Shown piece after piece: positions 13,801 to 25,967 of a stretch of DNA of 64,000 nt (within the stretch, counting starts at the first letter, position 1; each line of letters begins with the position of its first letter). The DNA comes from Pseudomonadota bacterium (GTDB lineage Bacteria > Pseudomonadota > Gammaproteobacteria > JAKAQQ01): the NCBI GenBank assembly GCA_027320085.1, contig DAHVLZ010000010.1:1-64000 (forward strand), read 5' to 3'. A program made the position numbers and the translations under genes. The notes beneath the pieces are model-generated. The model was not told where the DNA came from, did not search any database, and worked only from the letters and a program-made list of their open reading frames with translations.

Positions 13801-14087
13801 CCGACGAGGGACATCTCTTTGACATCTATCTGACCGGTGCCCGCGAGGATGCCTTCCAGCATCCCGTGGAGATCCTGGGCCGTCTCGCGGTCCTCCTCAA
13901 GGCCGTCGAACACAGTGCGGACTACCCGCCCACCAACTCGGATGTGGCGGTCTACCGGCTCCTCGCCGGTCAACTGGAACGGGCCCGGCAACGCCTGGAA
14001 TCGATCATCACGCGACTCGTGAAACCCTTGAACCGCCGTCTGGCGGCCCGGGGGCTCAGCGGGGTCATCGCCGTCCGCCGGTCCTGA
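10836..14087 (+). CDS. secreted BNR/Asp-box (VPS10/sortilin-like) glycosyl hydrolase
   Basis: Signal peptide; many S/TxDxGxxW repeats; C-terminal helical region. Confidence 0.85.
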   Translation: MPKSHPARFPLCVVFLLLAAASSSGASAHIRLAPSLYRALHYRFIGPGEGRIAAVQGIPGNPRIYYLGTSSGGIWKTTDGGIHWKPVFDREPAQSIGALALDPGRPRVVWAGTGETFYIRPTTGIGDGVYRSDNGGRTWKHLGLSGTDRIARIVVDPTDLRRVYVCATGSGFGPSKDRGVYRTDDNGRHWTRVLFVNPMTGCSDLAIDPQNPRVLLAGLWQFDVHPWNLDSGGPGSGVYLSRNGGKTWKRLAHDGLPRGPVGKVAVAISGSNPHIYYTLMEGKWAPGLYRSIDSGRHWRLMSHNHAMDERAPYYTRFAISPTNPDRLYFVSTNFLTSRTGGLHMHYERCGCGDNHDIWIDPKNPKRMVVTFDEGATITQDGWKQWQEIALPNAQLYHVATDRDIPFHVFVNRQDGHAYRLPSNTRTPYGGISPGYWTGLNGCESGFTLPERHNNNIVWSGCYDGWIDRFNIHRGEGRAVSVFPLSGYGWPPGKLPNSWDFVFPLALSPQNPHVVYAGSQYVYRTDNGGQSWQRISPNLTLNIKREEGSTGGVSHDNLGTFDAMSLSIIAPSPLRPGMIWTGGYDGQVHLTLNGGRTWMNVTPHGLPPGGDVTSLSPSRHDPDRAYLSVDRQLMGDSRPYIYVTRDAGRHWHRIVRGIPVNQFSIVHCVKEDPLDANVLFAGTDNALYWSPNRGRRWYPLQNNLPHVPVYWVTVQPVANDLVVATYGRGAYILSDLSSLTHLAQALRAGEPTLFPLRTAWRFHLLARRRSAPDYPAMGRNPPYGAVVDFYLPHPPTQPASLVIRGPGGRLIRTFSNRPGTRHADRLPALHAGINRFVWDLRYAPVRHLSDCPGSGRCPGRVFLPPPHAPWVHVGPKGFRPIEIFDLRRTLSGPLAVPGTDTVELTIGNRHWTQPLRVRKDPNSAGNLADIRAQVALALQIRNRINETLSLITEIEWMRLTLAHLESRLKVLGGHSGTLRDARALGRALLADEGHLFDIYLTGAREDAFQHPVEILGRLAVLLKAVEHSADYPPTNSDVAVYRLLAGQLERARQRLESIITRLVKPLNRRLAARGLSGVIAVRRS

Positions 14088-14128
14088 CGGGCGGCTCGCG
14101 CCGGCACGCCGTCCCAAGCCGGCTTTCG

Positions 14129-14177
14129 GGTCACGACGTGAGGGGCGCCTGTGAGAGGCGTCCCTCACGTCGTGACC
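14129..14177. terminator. long hairpin between convergent genes
   Basis: GGTCACGACGTGAGGGGCGCCT-GTGAG-AGGCGTCCCTCACGTCGTGACC, 22-bp stem with one G-T pair. Confidence 0.6.
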
Positions 14178-14382
14178 TCACTGCAAGCGAACAGGACACG
14201 CGGCAGAACACCGCCGTCCTGAAACTATCTTTCCGTACCGCAAGTCCCGGGAAAAGGGCGAACGGCGGATGCCCTTGTACCCAAGTGGCAGTTGGGAGAT
14301 ATCGTTCGCCATCCCAGCTTGCCCAACTCCCCCGAAGGGGCCCCACGCCGGATTGATGGTGGAATGACGATCCCAATCCCGG

Positions 14383-16182
14383 TCAGGAGGTTTTGGCCGC
14401 AGTTCTCCTCCTCCGGGCGATGAGCAGCGCCATGAGCACGATGAGCGCCTCGATCCCGAAGCTGCCGCTGCCACTGGATGTCGATGGAGCGGGAGGCGGC
14501 GGCACCATCTCGACCGCGACAGACGCCTGATTGTTGGCGGGGTTCGGGTCCGCCTCGTTGCTGGATACGCTGGCTTGGTCCACAACCGTCCCGGAGGTCT
14601 GCCTCGCCCCGACCCAGATCGAGGGATTCCACACCGCTCCCGGTGAAAGCGTCCGGAGCAGGCAGGTGACGGTATTCGCCGCAGTCGAACACTCGCCTTC
14701 ATCCGGATTGGCCCCGAGAAACTGGAGACCCGATGGGATCGTATCCGTGACCGTCACATCGCCCGCTGAAGCCTCCGGATCCAGGTTCGAAACCGTGAGT
14801 TCGAGTGCCTCCGCATCCGCGCTCGAGAAGGGATTCTGGTTGGGCGAGATCCCGATGCCAAGGTCGATGGTCGATTGATAGAGATCAGCCTCGCCGGCCC
14901 GGCTCAAGCCGTTCACGGTCGCATAGGGATCACCGATGAGCGCCGTGCTGCCAGCACCCGAGAGGGCAAACCCGCTATAGGAAAACCCGTCGCCTGCTGT
15001 GGGCGTCGATGCGGTCAGTGTTTTGGTGAGGGTCCAGACACCGTGGACGAGATTGTAACGGTAGGCCTGCCCTGCACGGGAGAGGCCATTGACTGTGGCA
15101 TCGGAACCCACGAGTGCAATCCTTCCATTGTCCGAAAGGGCGGTCGGGAAACCAAATCCATCACCCGCGAGGCCGTTCGGGTCGGGAAGTGCCTGGGTTT
15201 CTGTCCAGACACCGTTCAATTCACGGAAGACATAGGCCTGGCCCGCACCTGAAACACCGTTGACATCCGTCCCCAAGGCTCCGACCAGGGCCGTTTGACC
15301 GTTTTCCGAAAGCGAAACGTCTGCATAACCGAAAATGTCCCCGGCTTGAGCCAGGGGATCATCAAACTCGTGCGTTTCGGTCACCTGCCCATCCGAGATG
15401 CTGTAGAGATAGGCCTTGCCGGCAGCTGGCTGCCCATTGACCGCAGCAACGGAGCCGATCAGGGCCTCCGATCCATCCGGCGTGAGGGCAGCCGCGCTTC
15501 CGAAAGCGTCATCCACCTGATCGTCGGGGTCGGGAATGGCCGTCTGGACCCACCGCCCGTTGATCAGGCTTTCGACGTAAACCACCCCCGCATCCGTCAC
15601 CCCGTTGACACTGGTACCCACCGCCGCGATGAGGAGGGTATCGCCATTGGCCGAGATCCCAAGTCCCCCACTCGAGCCGAAACCATCATTCACGATGGCC
15701 GGGGGGTCGTCGAACTCATGGCTCTCGGTCCAGACCCCGCCACTCAAAGTGTAGAGATAGGCCTTGCCGGCACCTGACTGTCCATTGACCGCAGCAGCAG
15801 AGCCGATCAGTGCACTCGTCCCGTCGGCCGAAAGCACGATGCAGGATCCAAACCGGTCGCCGGAGCCAGTCCCGGGGTCGGAAACCGTCTGGGTTTCCTG
15901 CCACCGGTTATTGACATACTGGTAGAAGTAGGCTACTCCCTCGCCCGTGCCCGCACTGGCGTAGGGAGATCCCACGACGGCGACGGATCCATTGCCCGAA
16001 AGGGCAACGTTTCCATCGCAGAGGCCACCGTTACTGAACTCGCCTCCCGAGGTTGGGGTGGGTGCGGTCAGGAGGGTGGTCTTTGAATAAAGGCCTGTCG
16101 CAGCGCGTGCCGGAAACGAGATCACGAAAAGGAGCGGCAGCGCCGCAAGTAGCCACTTGGCCTCGTTCTTGACTTGCCCCAT
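14383..16182 (-). CDS. surface protein: FG-GAP beta-propeller, DUF11 domain, GlyGly-CTERM-like anchor
   Basis: Repeats of FG..LS.DG.TAL.G..AG.AY; VTVTDTIPSGL and DPNPANN; tail SGSGSFG-TM-RRRR. Confidence 0.85.
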   Translation of the reverse strand: MGQVKNEAKWLLAALPLLFVISFPARAATGLYSKTTLLTAPTPTSGGEFSNGGLCDGNVALSGNGSVAVVGSPYASAGTGEGVAYFYQYVNNRWQETQTVSDPGTGSGDRFGSCIVLSADGTSALIGSAAAVNGQSGAGKAYLYTLSGGVWTESHEFDDPPAIVNDGFGSSGGLGISANGDTLLIAAVGTSVNGVTDAGVVYVESLINGRWVQTAIPDPDDQVDDAFGSAAALTPDGSEALIGSVAAVNGQPAAGKAYLYSISDGQVTETHEFDDPLAQAGDIFGYADVSLSENGQTALVGALGTDVNGVSGAGQAYVFRELNGVWTETQALPDPNGLAGDGFGFPTALSDNGRIALVGSDATVNGLSRAGQAYRYNLVHGVWTLTKTLTASTPTAGDGFSYSGFALSGAGSTALIGDPYATVNGLSRAGEADLYQSTIDLGIGISPNQNPFSSADAEALELTVSNLDPEASAGDVTVTDTIPSGLQFLGANPDEGECSTAANTVTCLLRTLSPGAVWNPSIWVGARQTSGTVVDQASVSSNEADPNPANNQASVAVEMVPPPPAPSTSSGSGSFGIEALIVLMALLIARRRRTAAKTS

Positions 16183-16326
16183 GGTTTGTTCCTCCGGCTC
16201 TTTTGTTTGCAGCCTTTACAGGCAGGGAAGCACGCACGGCCCTTGAAGTTTTTTGGCCTCAAGTTCCAAGTGCAACGTTTCCAGTGGATGGGTCGACCTG
16301 GATCGGTTCCACTGAAGCATATCCGC

Positions 16327-16566
16327 GAGATAAAGTCAAATCTGCTGGAGCGGGTCTTCGGGCCATGGGTTCAGGGAACGGCTGAACCGGTGGAGTGTCC
16401 TCTGCCGGCACACCGTCTTCGAACGGAGCGCTTTCGGGTATCCCTCAATGCGGTCAAGGCCGCGAATCCTGCGCCATGACTGCTCCGCTTCCTGAACCCG
16501 TTTGCATGCCAATCCAAGGAAGCCACCGCAACCCGCCGTTCCCCGTTCGGGGAGTGCGGTGGCCAA
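16327..16566 (-). mobile_element. IS256-family transposase C-terminal relic with terminal IR
   Basis: FLGLACKRVQEAEQSWRRIRG resembles IS256 C-termini; end CAGATTTGACTTTATCTC. Confidence 0.65.
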
Positions 16567-16629
16567 TCAGGTTTGATCCGGCGGGACGGGCGGAGTCAGG
16601 GTGGGGTGGGCAGTTTCCGGATCATCGCA

Positions 16630-17837
16630 CTAGAACTCGAGGGCCCGATGAATGGCGGCGAGCGCGCGCTCCCCATCCTCTTCGGGGAGTGTGACCGAAA
16701 CCTTGATTTCGGCATTCGCCATCATCCGGACCGAGATCCGCTCGGCGGCAAGCGTGGAGAGCAGACGGGCAATCAGTTCCGGACGCGACTTGAGTCCCAG
16801 GCCGACGACGGACAGCTTGGCGATGTGCGGGGTCGAGATCACCCCTTCGGCCCCAATCGCGCCGGCCGGCTCGCCGAGCAGGGCAAGAGCCCGGTCCAGG
16901 ACCGGACGGGGAACCGTGAACCCGAGATCGACCCGGCCGTCGCGGGCCCGGTTCTGGACGATGAGGTCGATCTCGATCCCGCCGGCACTGAGCGGCCCCA
17001 GGAGGATGGCGGCGAGCGCCGGCTGTTCGGGAATGCCCAAAACCGTGATCTCGGCCTCGTTCCGGCTGAGGGCCACCCCGCAGAGCACCCGGACGTCCTC
17101 GGGCGGGGGGTCGATGAAGTGGGTCCCGCGATCTCCGGGACGACCGGTGCTGGACAGGACCCTGAGCGGAACCCGATGCCGCCCGGCGAGTTCGACGGAC
17201 CGGCGTTCCAGCACCTTGGCACCGCCGGCCGCGAACTCGAGCATTTCGGGGTAGCTCAGGGCCTCGTGCCGGCGGGCCGTCTGGATGATCCGGGGATCGG
17301 CCGTATAGACGCCGTCGACGTCGGTGTAGATCTGGCACTCATCGGCTTCGAGCGCCGCAGCCAAGGCAACCGCCGTCGTGTCGGACCCACCCCGGCCCAG
17401 GGTCACGTAATCCCCATTCCGGTTGATCCCCTGGAAGCCACAGACCACCGGCACGAACCCCTGTTCCAAATCCGACCGGAGCCTGCGGGCTTCGATGGCC
17501 TGGATCCGGGCCTGATCGATTGCACCCTCGGCCAAGAGACCGATCTGCCAGGCACTGTAGGAACGGGACCGGATGCCGACGGTGCCGAGCGCCAGGGCGA
17601 AAAGCGCGGCGCTCGCCTGCTCGCCGGTCACGAGCAGGGCGGCCAGCTCGCGCGGGTCGGGATCGGAACTGAGGAGATGGGCGAGCCCGATCAGCCGGTC
17701 CGTCTCTCCGGCCTGGGCCGAAACCACGACGATCACCTGCGCCCCCGTGGCCCGATGATCGGCCACGAGTCCTGCCGCGTGGCGCATGCGGTCCGGATCG
17801 CCGACCGAGGTCCCGCCGAATTTGAGAACCCGGAGGG

Positions 17838-17841
<4 letters not shown>
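16630..17841 (-). CDS. lysC: aspartate kinase
   Basis: KFGGTSV, TLGRGGSDTTA, DVDGVYTADPR, ACT domains. Confidence 0.96.
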
Positions 17842-20447
<2,606 letters not shown>

Positions 20448-20491
20448 GCCCGGTCTCTTCCCCCGCTTCCGGCGCTCCGGTCCCGGCCCCT

Positions 20492-21766
20492 TCAACTGGG
20501 GCCTCCATCCGTCCGGGTGGGGGCCGGGCGCACCGCCCCTCTGCCTTCCGCGACGGCCCGAATGCGGAACATGGCAACACCATGGGAGGCCACCCGGGCC
20601 GTGATCCGGTCACGGGCCACGGTGGTCTTCCCGGTCCAGAGGTTGCGGACATGGACCGGGCTCCGCCCGATGCCGAGGATCCCGAGACGGACGGTGGCCG
20701 TGGCCGCCATCGGTCCCCGATTGAAAAAGACGACCGCGTGCGCGCCCCCGACGAGCGGTCGCGACAGGATGTCGATGGTCCCTGCGCGTCGGACCAGGCG
20801 CGCCTGAACCCCGAGCGGATCCTGGTCGACCGCGATCACGGCACGGTTGGACAGGATGGCGAGTGCCGCGGGCGAGAGACGGGCCACGTCCGTGCTGATC
20901 AGGAGGGGAGCCGCCATCTCCGCCCACAGGCTGAACTGCGTGCGCTGCTCGCGCAGGCTGAGTCCCCGGTTTCCCACCTCCAGCATGTCCGGATCGTTCC
21001 AGGCTCCCGGATGGGCGTAGCGCCAGAGTCCCACGTTGCCCGTGTAGTTGGCCACAATGCTCTTCCAGGCGTCCTCGACATCGTCGTCCGTACGCCACAG
21101 GTTACAGACCGACCCGATCCAGGACATGACCTCGGCGTAGGCCTTGGGCTGGCCGTAAACGTAGGCGGGTGGGGAGCAGCTGAAGACGATGGCCCGGCCG
21201 GAATGCCGAAGCGCCCGGCTCACGGCGGCATAAACCCGGTGCGCCACCTTCGAGAAATCGAGGCCCGGGTAGCGGTTTGTGGGTGGATTGCAATAATCGA
21301 GCTTGAGATAATCCACTCCCCAGGCGGCGAAGGTACGGACATCCTCCCGGATGTGGCCATACATGCCGGGCCGACCCTGACAGGTCTTGTAACCCGCATC
21401 CTCGTAGATCCCGAACTTGAGTCCGTGGGCATGGAGAAAGTGCCCCAGCCACTTGAGGCCACGGGGGAAAAGCCTGTGCCGGACAACCAGTTGTCCCTCC
21501 GCGTTGCGGTGGCGGGCCATCCAGCAGTCGTCGATGTTGACGTCGCGGTAACCGAGGCGCGCGAGTCCGGTCCAGATGAGTGCCCGGGCCGTCTCGACGA
21601 AGAGTCTCTGGCTGATGTGGCACTCGTAATGGGCCCAGTCATTGAACCCCATGGGGGGGCGGAGCGCGAGACCGTTTTCGGAACGCGGGAGGGGAGCGGC
21701 CAGTGCGGGCCGGCTCGCCCCGAGACTGCACAGGAAGACCGCCAGGCAGAGACAGAATATGCGCAT
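20492..21766 (-). CDS. secreted alpha-galactosidase (GH27)
   Basis: PPMGFNDW, NIDDCW, YLKLDYC, WRTDDD, WNDPDML. Confidence 0.92.
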   Translation of the reverse strand: MRIFCLCLAVFLCSLGASRPALAAPLPRSENGLALRPPMGFNDWAHYECHISQRLFVETARALIWTGLARLGYRDVNIDDCWMARHRNAEGQLVVRHRLFPRGLKWLGHFLHAHGLKFGIYEDAGYKTCQGRPGMYGHIREDVRTFAAWGVDYLKLDYCNPPTNRYPGLDFSKVAHRVYAAVSRALRHSGRAIVFSCSPPAYVYGQPKAYAEVMSWIGSVCNLWRTDDDVEDAWKSIVANYTGNVGLWRYAHPGAWNDPDMLEVGNRGLSLREQRTQFSLWAEMAAPLLISTDVARLSPAALAILSNRAVIAVDQDPLGVQARLVRRAGTIDILSRPLVGGAHAVVFFNRGPMAATATVRLGILGIGRSPVHVRNLWTGKTTVARDRITARVASHGVAMFRIRAVAEGRGAVRPAPTRTDGGPS

Positions 21767-21924
21767 CAAGGCCCCCGGAGAGATCGGCATGAACAGCGAC
21801 AAGATCCTCTCGCGCCATCCGGCGTTCGAAAACCCCGTTTTCGGGAGTGTAACGAGACTGCTTGTCGAACTCAAGGAAGAGGCGGCATCAACCGCACGCT
21901 CCTGCACCGTCCGGGATCCGTTCC

Positions 21925-22911
21925 TCAGTTGAGGCCCGCCGGCCAGTCGTAACCGGATCGGCGGAAAAGCCCCAGACAGGCCCCGACCACCTCCGCGTCC
22001 AGCGTCTTGCCCTGGCACCGCTCCACCTCGGCGAGGGCGGCCTTGAGACCGAGTGACGGCCGGTAGGGCCGGTGGGAGGACATGGCCTCCACCACGTCGG
22101 CCACGGCGAGAATCCGGGACTCGAGCCGGATATCGGATCCTTTGAGGTGGGCGGGATAGCCGCTGCCGTCCAAACGCTCGTGGTGCTGGTAGGCGACCGC
22201 TGCCACGGGATCCGGCAGGTCGAGGTGCTCGAGGATGGCGTGTCCATGCTGCGGGTGACTCCTCACGATCTCGAACTCGGGCTCCGTGAGACGCCGGGCG
22301 GTGGTCAGGATCTCGATCGGCACCCCGAGCTTGCCGATATCGTGGACGTCACCGGCCAGATGGAGGGTCTCACAGGTCCGCCGATCCAGCCCAAGGGCAC
22401 GGCCGAGGGCGGCCGAGAGCGCACCCACCCGGGTCTCGTGCACGCCCGTGTAGGGGTCCCGGAGGTTGCTCATGTGGGCCAGGGCACGGATGGCACGGAT
22501 CGCCTCCTCGTTCCAACTCGACCTCGCGGAGCGTTCCATTCCGCTGACGTCCGGAAGGGCCGGGACATCCAGCAAACAGACCAGGGTGAGCCGGCGCTTG
22601 CGGCCGCAGCGGGTGGTGACGGAGACCGCCTCGAGCCCTCGGCTCGCGCCCTCCCGGGTGACGATCGGGAAACGGAGACGCGAGACCGGATCCCCCTCCT
22701 CAAGCGCACGGGCCAGTCCCGCCCGCACGGCGTCCCGGTGGGCGGGGTGGACGAACTCCAAGAGGCCCCGACCCTCAAGGCTCCCGGGTTCCAGTCCCAG
22801 AAGACCCTCAAGCAGGGGGTCGGTGCCCGCGAGGACCAGATCCTGACCCATGCGGGCGACCGCCAGTCGCGACGGAGCGACCGGGACTCCTCTCTTTTTC
22901 TCCATGCCCAC
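21925..22911 (-). CDS. PAS + HD-GYP cyclic-di-GMP phosphodiesterase
   Basis: VHDIGK, HHERLDGSGYP, HRPYR; N-terminal PAS-like VHPAHR. Confidence 0.9.
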   Translation of the reverse strand: MGMEKKRGVPVAPSRLAVARMGQDLVLAGTDPLLEGLLGLEPGSLEGRGLLEFVHPAHRDAVRAGLARALEEGDPVSRLRFPIVTREGASRGLEAVSVTTRCGRKRRLTLVCLLDVPALPDVSGMERSARSSWNEEAIRAIRALAHMSNLRDPYTGVHETRVGALSAALGRALGLDRRTCETLHLAGDVHDIGKLGVPIEILTTARRLTEPEFEIVRSHPQHGHAILEHLDLPDPVAAVAYQHHERLDGSGYPAHLKGSDIRLESRILAVADVVEAMSSHRPYRPSLGLKAALAEVERCQGKTLDAEVVGACLGLFRRSGYDWPAGLN

Positions 22912-23021
22912 AGATCCCGATGAAATGCCAGACGAACATTTTCAATGTAACCCAAGAACTTCAGATCCGCAAACCCCGTCGTGGGATGGTAGACTCGGGC
23001 GAGATGCTGACGAGATAGGCG

Positions 23022-25151
23022 ATGGCCGCGGTTCGTATTCCGCCGCTGGTCCTGGAGGGCCGGGATCCGGGGGCGAAACGGCGGGAGATCCGCTCGGTAT
23101 TCCAGCGGACCTTCTCCCTCTACGAGAGGCTTTTCGAACACCTGGCGACAGAGGACGCCTGGTATCGGAAAGCCGTTCCCCTGCGCCATCCACTCATTTT
23201 CTATTACGGCCACACGGCGGTCTTCTACGTCAACAAGCTCCTTCCGGCCGGGCTCCTCGAGGAACGGATCGACCCCACCCTGGAATCCCTCTTCGCCGTC
23301 GGCGTGGACGAGATGTCCTGGGATGACCTCGACGATCGCCACTACGACTGGCCCGCGCCCGCCCGCGTGGTCGACTACCGCAGGCAGGTCCGCGAACGGG
23401 TCGATGGCCTGATCGACCGCCTCCCGCTCGAACTCCCCATCCGCTGGGACTCCCCCTGGTGGGCCATCCTCATGGGGATCGAACACGAAAACATCCACTT
23501 GGAGACGAGTTCGGTCCTGATGCGCCAACTCCCGCTGGGCGCGGTCCGTCCCGTCGCTGATTTTCCGGCGGACACCGGAGGGGGTCCACCCCCCCCGAAC
23601 CGTCGGATCCCGGTCCCGGCCGGGACCATCCGGCTCGGCAAGGGGCGGGAACACCAGCTCTATGGCTGGGACAACGAATATGGTCAGGAGGAGATCCCCC
23701 TGGACGGCTTTTCGGCCGCCCGTCTGCTCGTGAGCAACGGCGAGTTTCTGCCCTTCGTCGAAGCCGGGGGGTATGAGGACCTCCACTACTGGACCGACGA
23801 GGCCCGCAACTGGCTCGGCTTCGCCCGGCCCCGTCACCCGACCTTCTGGATCCGCCACGGGCAGGAGTGGAGGCTCCGTCTCCTCGCGGAGGAACGCCCC
23901 ATGCCCTGGAACTGGCCGGTCGAAGTCAACTGCCACGAGGCCCGGGCCTTCTGCCGCTGGCTCTCGGAGCGCGAGGGACGGAGCCTGCGCCTGCCCACCG
24001 AGGCCGAGTGGCACAGGATCCGTGGGATGGCAGGACTCAGCGACTGTGACGGCTGGGTTGAGGCACCGGGCAATATCGGGCTGGCCCAGGCCGCTTCGCC
24101 CATGGCCGTGGACCGCTTTCCCCAGGGACCCTTCTGTGACGTCGTGGGCAATGTCTGGCAGTGGACGGAAACCGCGATCTATCCCTTTCCGGGTTTTGCG
24201 CCCCATCCCCTCTACGACGACTTTTCGGTTCCCACTTTCGATGGTCAGCACCACCTCCTCCTGGGCGGATCCTTCATGAGTCTCGGCAACGAAACCCAGG
24301 CCAGCGCCCGCTACGCCTTTCGCCGCCATTTCTTCCAGCACGCGGGCTTCCGCTACGTCGAATCCGGAAATCCGCTGCCCCGGATCCCCGTCTACGAGAC
24401 TGACCAGGCGCTCACCCAGTACGCGGAGTTCCACTACGGCGAGGAGTACTTCGGCGTTCCCAACTTTCCCCGGGCGGTGGCCCAGCTCGCACTCACCGCC
24501 TCCGCCGGTCGGCCACTTCGACGGGCCCTCGATCTCGGCTGCTCGGTCGGGCGGACGGCCTTCGAACTGGCCCGGGTCTCGCCTGAGGTCACGGGCATCG
24601 ATCTCTCCGCACGGTTCATCCAGGTGGGGGTCCACCTGCGGGACGAGGGCCGCTACCCGTATGCCGTCGTGGAGGAGGGAGAGATCCAGAGCTACCGGAC
24701 CGCCGACCTCGCGCGTCTCGGGCTGGCCGCAACCGCCGGGCGTGTCCAGTTCTTCCAGGATGATGCCACCAACCTGAAACCGCTTTACACCGGCTACGAT
24801 CTCGTGGTGGCCGCGAACCTCATCGACCGCTTGCGGAACCCGCGGAAATTCCTGGAAAGCATCGGCGAGAGGATCCGTCCCGGCGGACTCCTCCTCCTCA
24901 CCTCTCCTTACACCTGGCTGGTCGAGCACACCCCGCGGGAGGAGTGGCTGGGCGGCTTCCGCGAGAACGGGGAGAACCGGACCACGCTGGAGGCGCTGCG
25001 GGTGATTCTGGCTCCGCACTTCCGGCTGCTCGAGGGCTATCCCCTCGACCTGCCCTTCGTCATCCGCGAGACCGCCCGCAAATTCCAGCACAGTCTCGCC
25101 CAGGTGACCCTCTGGGAGCGCACGGGGGAAGACGACAGCAGCAAGTGCTGA
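23022..25151 (+). CDS. ovoA: 5-histidylcysteine sulfoxide synthase / methyltransferase (ovothiol biosynthesis)
   Basis: LRHPLIFYYGHTA, IEHENIHLETSSVL, RYAFRRHFFQHAGFRY, C-terminal SAM MT ALDLGCSVGR. Confidence 0.93.
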   Translation: MAAVRIPPLVLEGRDPGAKRREIRSVFQRTFSLYERLFEHLATEDAWYRKAVPLRHPLIFYYGHTAVFYVNKLLPAGLLEERIDPTLESLFAVGVDEMSWDDLDDRHYDWPAPARVVDYRRQVRERVDGLIDRLPLELPIRWDSPWWAILMGIEHENIHLETSSVLMRQLPLGAVRPVADFPADTGGGPPPPNRRIPVPAGTIRLGKGREHQLYGWDNEYGQEEIPLDGFSAARLLVSNGEFLPFVEAGGYEDLHYWTDEARNWLGFARPRHPTFWIRHGQEWRLRLLAEERPMPWNWPVEVNCHEARAFCRWLSEREGRSLRLPTEAEWHRIRGMAGLSDCDGWVEAPGNIGLAQAASPMAVDRFPQGPFCDVVGNVWQWTETAIYPFPGFAPHPLYDDFSVPTFDGQHHLLLGGSFMSLGNETQASARYAFRRHFFQHAGFRYVESGNPLPRIPVYETDQALTQYAEFHYGEEYFGVPNFPRAVAQLALTASAGRPLRRALDLGCSVGRTAFELARVSPEVTGIDLSARFIQVGVHLRDEGRYPYAVVEEGEIQSYRTADLARLGLAATAGRVQFFQDDATNLKPLYTGYDLVVAANLIDRLRNPRKFLESIGERIRPGGLLLLTSPYTWLVEHTPREEWLGGFRENGENRTTLEALRVILAPHFRLLEGYPLDLPFVIRETARKFQHSLAQVTLWERTGEDDSSKC

Positions 25152-25312
25152 GTCCCCCGCGGGAGGGATGAACCGAGCGATTGGTCAGAAACCCAGTTTT
25201 TCTTGGTTTTAAGCCCGATTAAACGGAAGTCCGAATAGACAACCGTGTTAGACTTTGGTTCTAAACAGTCTGGGAGGGTTCCCCTGCGCCCAAGCCAGAA
25301 GCCAAACTTCGC

Positions 25313-25660
25313 TTGACTCCCGCACGCCTGATTGTTCATTGCATGGCAGAAAAAAATGCGGGCGGATGGCAGGCCTTTGCTCTTGACTTCGACCTGGCTG
25401 CGCAAGCAGAGAGCTTTGAAGGCGCCAAACTGAAACTCGAATCGATGATCGAAAGCTATGTTCATGACGCATTAATCGGCGAGGATCGCCAATATGCCGG
25501 TGAGTTTCTGCGCCGTCGCGCACCGCTGTCCCTCTGGCTGAAGTACTGGTGGGGCAAACATGCGAGAAAAGCAAGCGGCGCGAACCGACGGCATGCGTCG
25601 TACTCGGAATCATTGCCCTTGATACCACGACATCCACAGAGTGAAGCAGCCCGTGCATGA
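25313..25660 (+). CDS. HicB-like antitoxin (start uncertain)
   Basis: WQAFALDFDLAAQAESFEGAK..L RNase H-like HicB pattern; overlaps hicA. Confidence 0.65.
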   Translation: MTPARLIVHCMAEKNAGGWQAFALDFDLAAQAESFEGAKLKLESMIESYVHDALIGEDRQYAGEFLRRRAPLSLWLKYWWGKHARKASGANRRHASYSESLPLIPRHPQSEAARA

Positions 25661-25927
25661 GTTCGCAAAATCCTCCCTTGACCTGCGCCCAGGTCAAGGA
25701 GATTCCCAGGAGACTCGGTTTTAGCCCCAGGCCTCAGAAGTCCGGCACGAGTCATGAGCAGTGGGTGAAAGGTGCCGATGGCAAACGCTGGGAGGTGACC
25801 GTTGATTGCCCGAAGGCTCCATTCAGCCCCAGTTTGATTGCCAGCATGGCGAGGCAGGCGGGCATCAGCAAGTAAGGATTTGTACGCCACATTGCAGGGC
25901 AGAGAAAGAAGGGACGTTGGTGCCTGA
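25657..25927 (+). pseudogene. HicA-like toxin, probable late frameshift (ORF stops at 25875)
   Basis: LGF..GTSHEQW..VTVD..SMARQAG; shifted frame continues KDLYATL. Confidence 0.65.
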
Positions 25928-25967
25928 GGGGGGATTCCTTGGTTCAGACCCGTGGATCCGCATATCG

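Noticed and set aside
16183-16326. c-di-GMP riboswitch upstream of the adhesin
   Set aside because: Inverted repeat present but the GEMM consensus is absent
23022-25151. EgtB, SenA or selenium-specific synthase
   Set aside because: Fused C-terminal methyltransferase and OvoA motifs; no selD or egtD nearby
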